A stretch of 62,557 nt of DNA, the filler included, from Choristocarpus tenellus KU-1152 (taxonomy: Eukaryota > Protista > Phaeophyceae), in NCBI GenBank assembly GCA_964200185.2. It is 12 parts of 12 records of this genome, joined end to end, with 100 filler letters (N's around TTAATTAATTAA, not from the genome) between each part and the next. Parts side by side here need not be neighbours in the genome. Positions count along the whole stretch, not along the records: positions 56,256 to 62,557 come from CAXNAD020008436.1; 11 more parts are not named here. One strand, given 5' to 3'. Of this stretch, positions 60,693 to 62,557 are shown piece after piece; the stretch's first letter is position 1, and each line of letters opens with the position of its first letter. Under the pieces are notes generated by a model. That model had not been told where the DNA came from. It worked only from the letters and a program-made list of their open reading frames with translations, and ran no database searches. The position numbers were made by a program, and so were the translations under genes.

Positions 60693-62403
60693 ATGATGCT
60701 CTCTATGTTGGTAGGAACTTGTCTAGTTGGTCCCGTGCTTGGTTTTGCACAACTTAGATGTGGATCAGGGTCAAGCTCGTACTCCAGCCTGAAGACCCAA
60801 CGATTGAATATGCATACATCCTCTGACTATGGTAGTCAACACGACTCCGCTGTATCCCGACGACAATTTGTCTCGACGGTAGTGACGGTCAGTCTTGCAT
60901 TGATTCCTTCAGTGGGGTGGGCAGTGGATGATACCAAGGAGGGTGATGTCTCTCGACCCAGGGATAGCCAGTGGGTGGACTTGGACGGGGCGCTTGGTAT
61001 AACATGGGGGGGTAAAGACCGGTGCCAACCAGAAGACGAGGTGCGCCACGTACTGGTTGGATACTGTAATAAACAAGACTCAGAATGCTGGTTCCGGTTC
61101 AAGTATATACTGTGCTCGCAGTCCGCACCAACTGGTTTGCAATACGAGCCTGATCATGTAACGGTTGCATGGCGTATCAAAACCCGCAATTGACATTTTT
61201 AGGGGGTAGAAAATTCAAGTCGTATTGTTGTGTGCCCAATGGGCATCTAGGGTGGGGGGAATTTGGTGGATGCTCACTAAACATTACTAAACATGAAGGG
61301 ATGGAACAAGTGTGCCCTCCCACTGTTACTTCTTGAATCCCATTTCGTCGCTAGCCTATCAGAGAGCTGGGCATTCGCGGACATCCCCAAGATTGAGTAG
61401 CCCCATCTCACATATCCTGTCGTTTTCGAGAAACATTCAACATATCTGTTGCCAATCATGATTTTCCTTGACAGGAATGCCGCAACGGTGGACAAGCCGC
61501 ATCAGACGTGCCCATTCCGCCGCCTCCCAATGTGAACAAATACTCCATCTCCGATAAGTGTTTCCTGGACATCGATGTAGCTGGGAAACCAGCTGGTCGG
61601 ATCATTGTAGGTGTGATTCCCTTCTGAAAATGTTAAGTGATTACCATCAATACGCCTAGAAAAATATTTTGTGTAAGAAGATGGATATATTGGGCTTCAG
61701 AGAAGTCAAACCTTTATCGAGGAGCCCAACTCAATTCAACACTCCACTCGAGCTCTATTGAGGGCTGTCAATCTGAACACACTGAAATCTTCCTGAAGGC
61801 ATGGGTGCAATGCCATAAAAATAGTACGGGCTTCCACATGACTGCATGAGTATTTTAATAGTGTTGTTGCTGATGACGACAACCTTGCCTTCCAATGCAC
61901 CTTCTGATATCAATACAACAATCATGTATGGTAGCACAGTGGTAACCCTATTTTTATTTGCAAAAAATGTGCTGGTACTGTTGCTTACAGTCTGTACTTC
62001 AGACTCAAAACCTCGATTATCAATCCTCTAGCTACCCCTGCCTGAGTCATGCAGGAGGCCATAGCTGCATAAAGCAAAGCAAACGCTTCCCCCTCTTGAT
62101 TCCAACCCTAACCCGAACCCCAGCCAAGCCCTAACCCTAAGCAATCTTACTCTCCTCAACAGCATGAGCTAACTCCTGTGTTGACAGAGTCCTCCCTATG
62201 CCGCAGGCTTGTTTGGCGAAGCGGCCCCAGCTAGTGTAGCTGTCTTCTCAAATCTCTGCCAGGGTGATCTCATGATTGGTGAGAATGAAAACATTGGGCC
62301 TTTCAGTTACATTGAAAGCTATGTGGAAAGGGTGGATGCTGGGAAGGCAATTGTGTTTGGGAAGATAAAGACCCCGTCGGGTCTGGGCCGAGAGGCGAGA
62401 CAG
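60693..62403 (+). CDS. Cyclophilin-type PPIase-like protein with predicted thylakoid-lumen targeting (exons 60693-61040, 61475-61610, 62207-62403; continues beyond the window)
   Basis: Spliced translation gives ISDKCFLDIDVAGKPAGRIIV|GLFGEAAPASVAVFSNLCQG, a typical cyclophilin N-terminus. Upstream are a signal peptide ending VLG-FAQ, a transit-like region, a twin-Arg SRRQF and a hydrophobic stretch ending GWA. Intron phases match. Confidence 0.85.
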
Positions 62404-62443
62404 GTGATGCCAAGAGACTATAAATACATGGAAGTATTAATAG

Positions 62444-62507
<64 letters not shown>

Positions 62508-62557
62508 CCCCCCTTCCGCCTTCGTCCTCCCCTCTTCCTTCCCCTCTGTCCCGTCTC

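Noticed and set aside
62102-62140. Telomere seed (CCCTAA-like) in the cyclophilin intron
   Set aside because: Short, degenerate and intronic; ordinary low-complexity sequence.
1-62557. CRISPR array or prokaryotic defence operon
   Set aside because: No repeat-spacer array or operon structure; the sequence is intron-containing eukaryotic DNA.

Overview
Eukaryotic nuclear DNA, most likely from an ochrophyte stramenopile such as a brown alga (inferred from signal-peptide-plus-Phe plastid targeting and GT-AG introns). The window is not contiguous. It is 12 contigs joined by an artificial N44-TTAATTAATTAA-N44 linker: 1-7864, 7965-11874, 11975-19553, 19654-22703, 22804-26431, 26532-29239, 29340-36927, 37028-40757, 40858-44955, 45056-53499, 53600-56155 and 56256-62557. 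Supported host genes are the 3' part of a SPRY+HECT E3 ligase, an LYRM5/ETFRF1-like protein, an unknown possibly plastid-targeted protein, a thylakoid-lumen cyclophilin-like protein and a tRNA-Phe(GAA). Most of the rest is decayed transposable elements: two Copia-type LTR elements, RTE-like and CRE-like non-LTR remnants, a Penelope-like remnant, hAT, Sola2-like and ISL2EU-like transposase remnants, and abundant MITEs sharing an AAAGTATCT terminal core. The most interesting leads are two separate repeat families with degenerate hammerhead-ribozyme-like motifs, palindromes where tRNA primer sites should be in both LTR elements, a gag-only LTR element, a Sola2-like MITE and transposase set, and an atypical tRNA-Phe with no nearby terminator next to a CRE-like 3' tail. 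All family assignments are motif recognition by eye; no database search was run.
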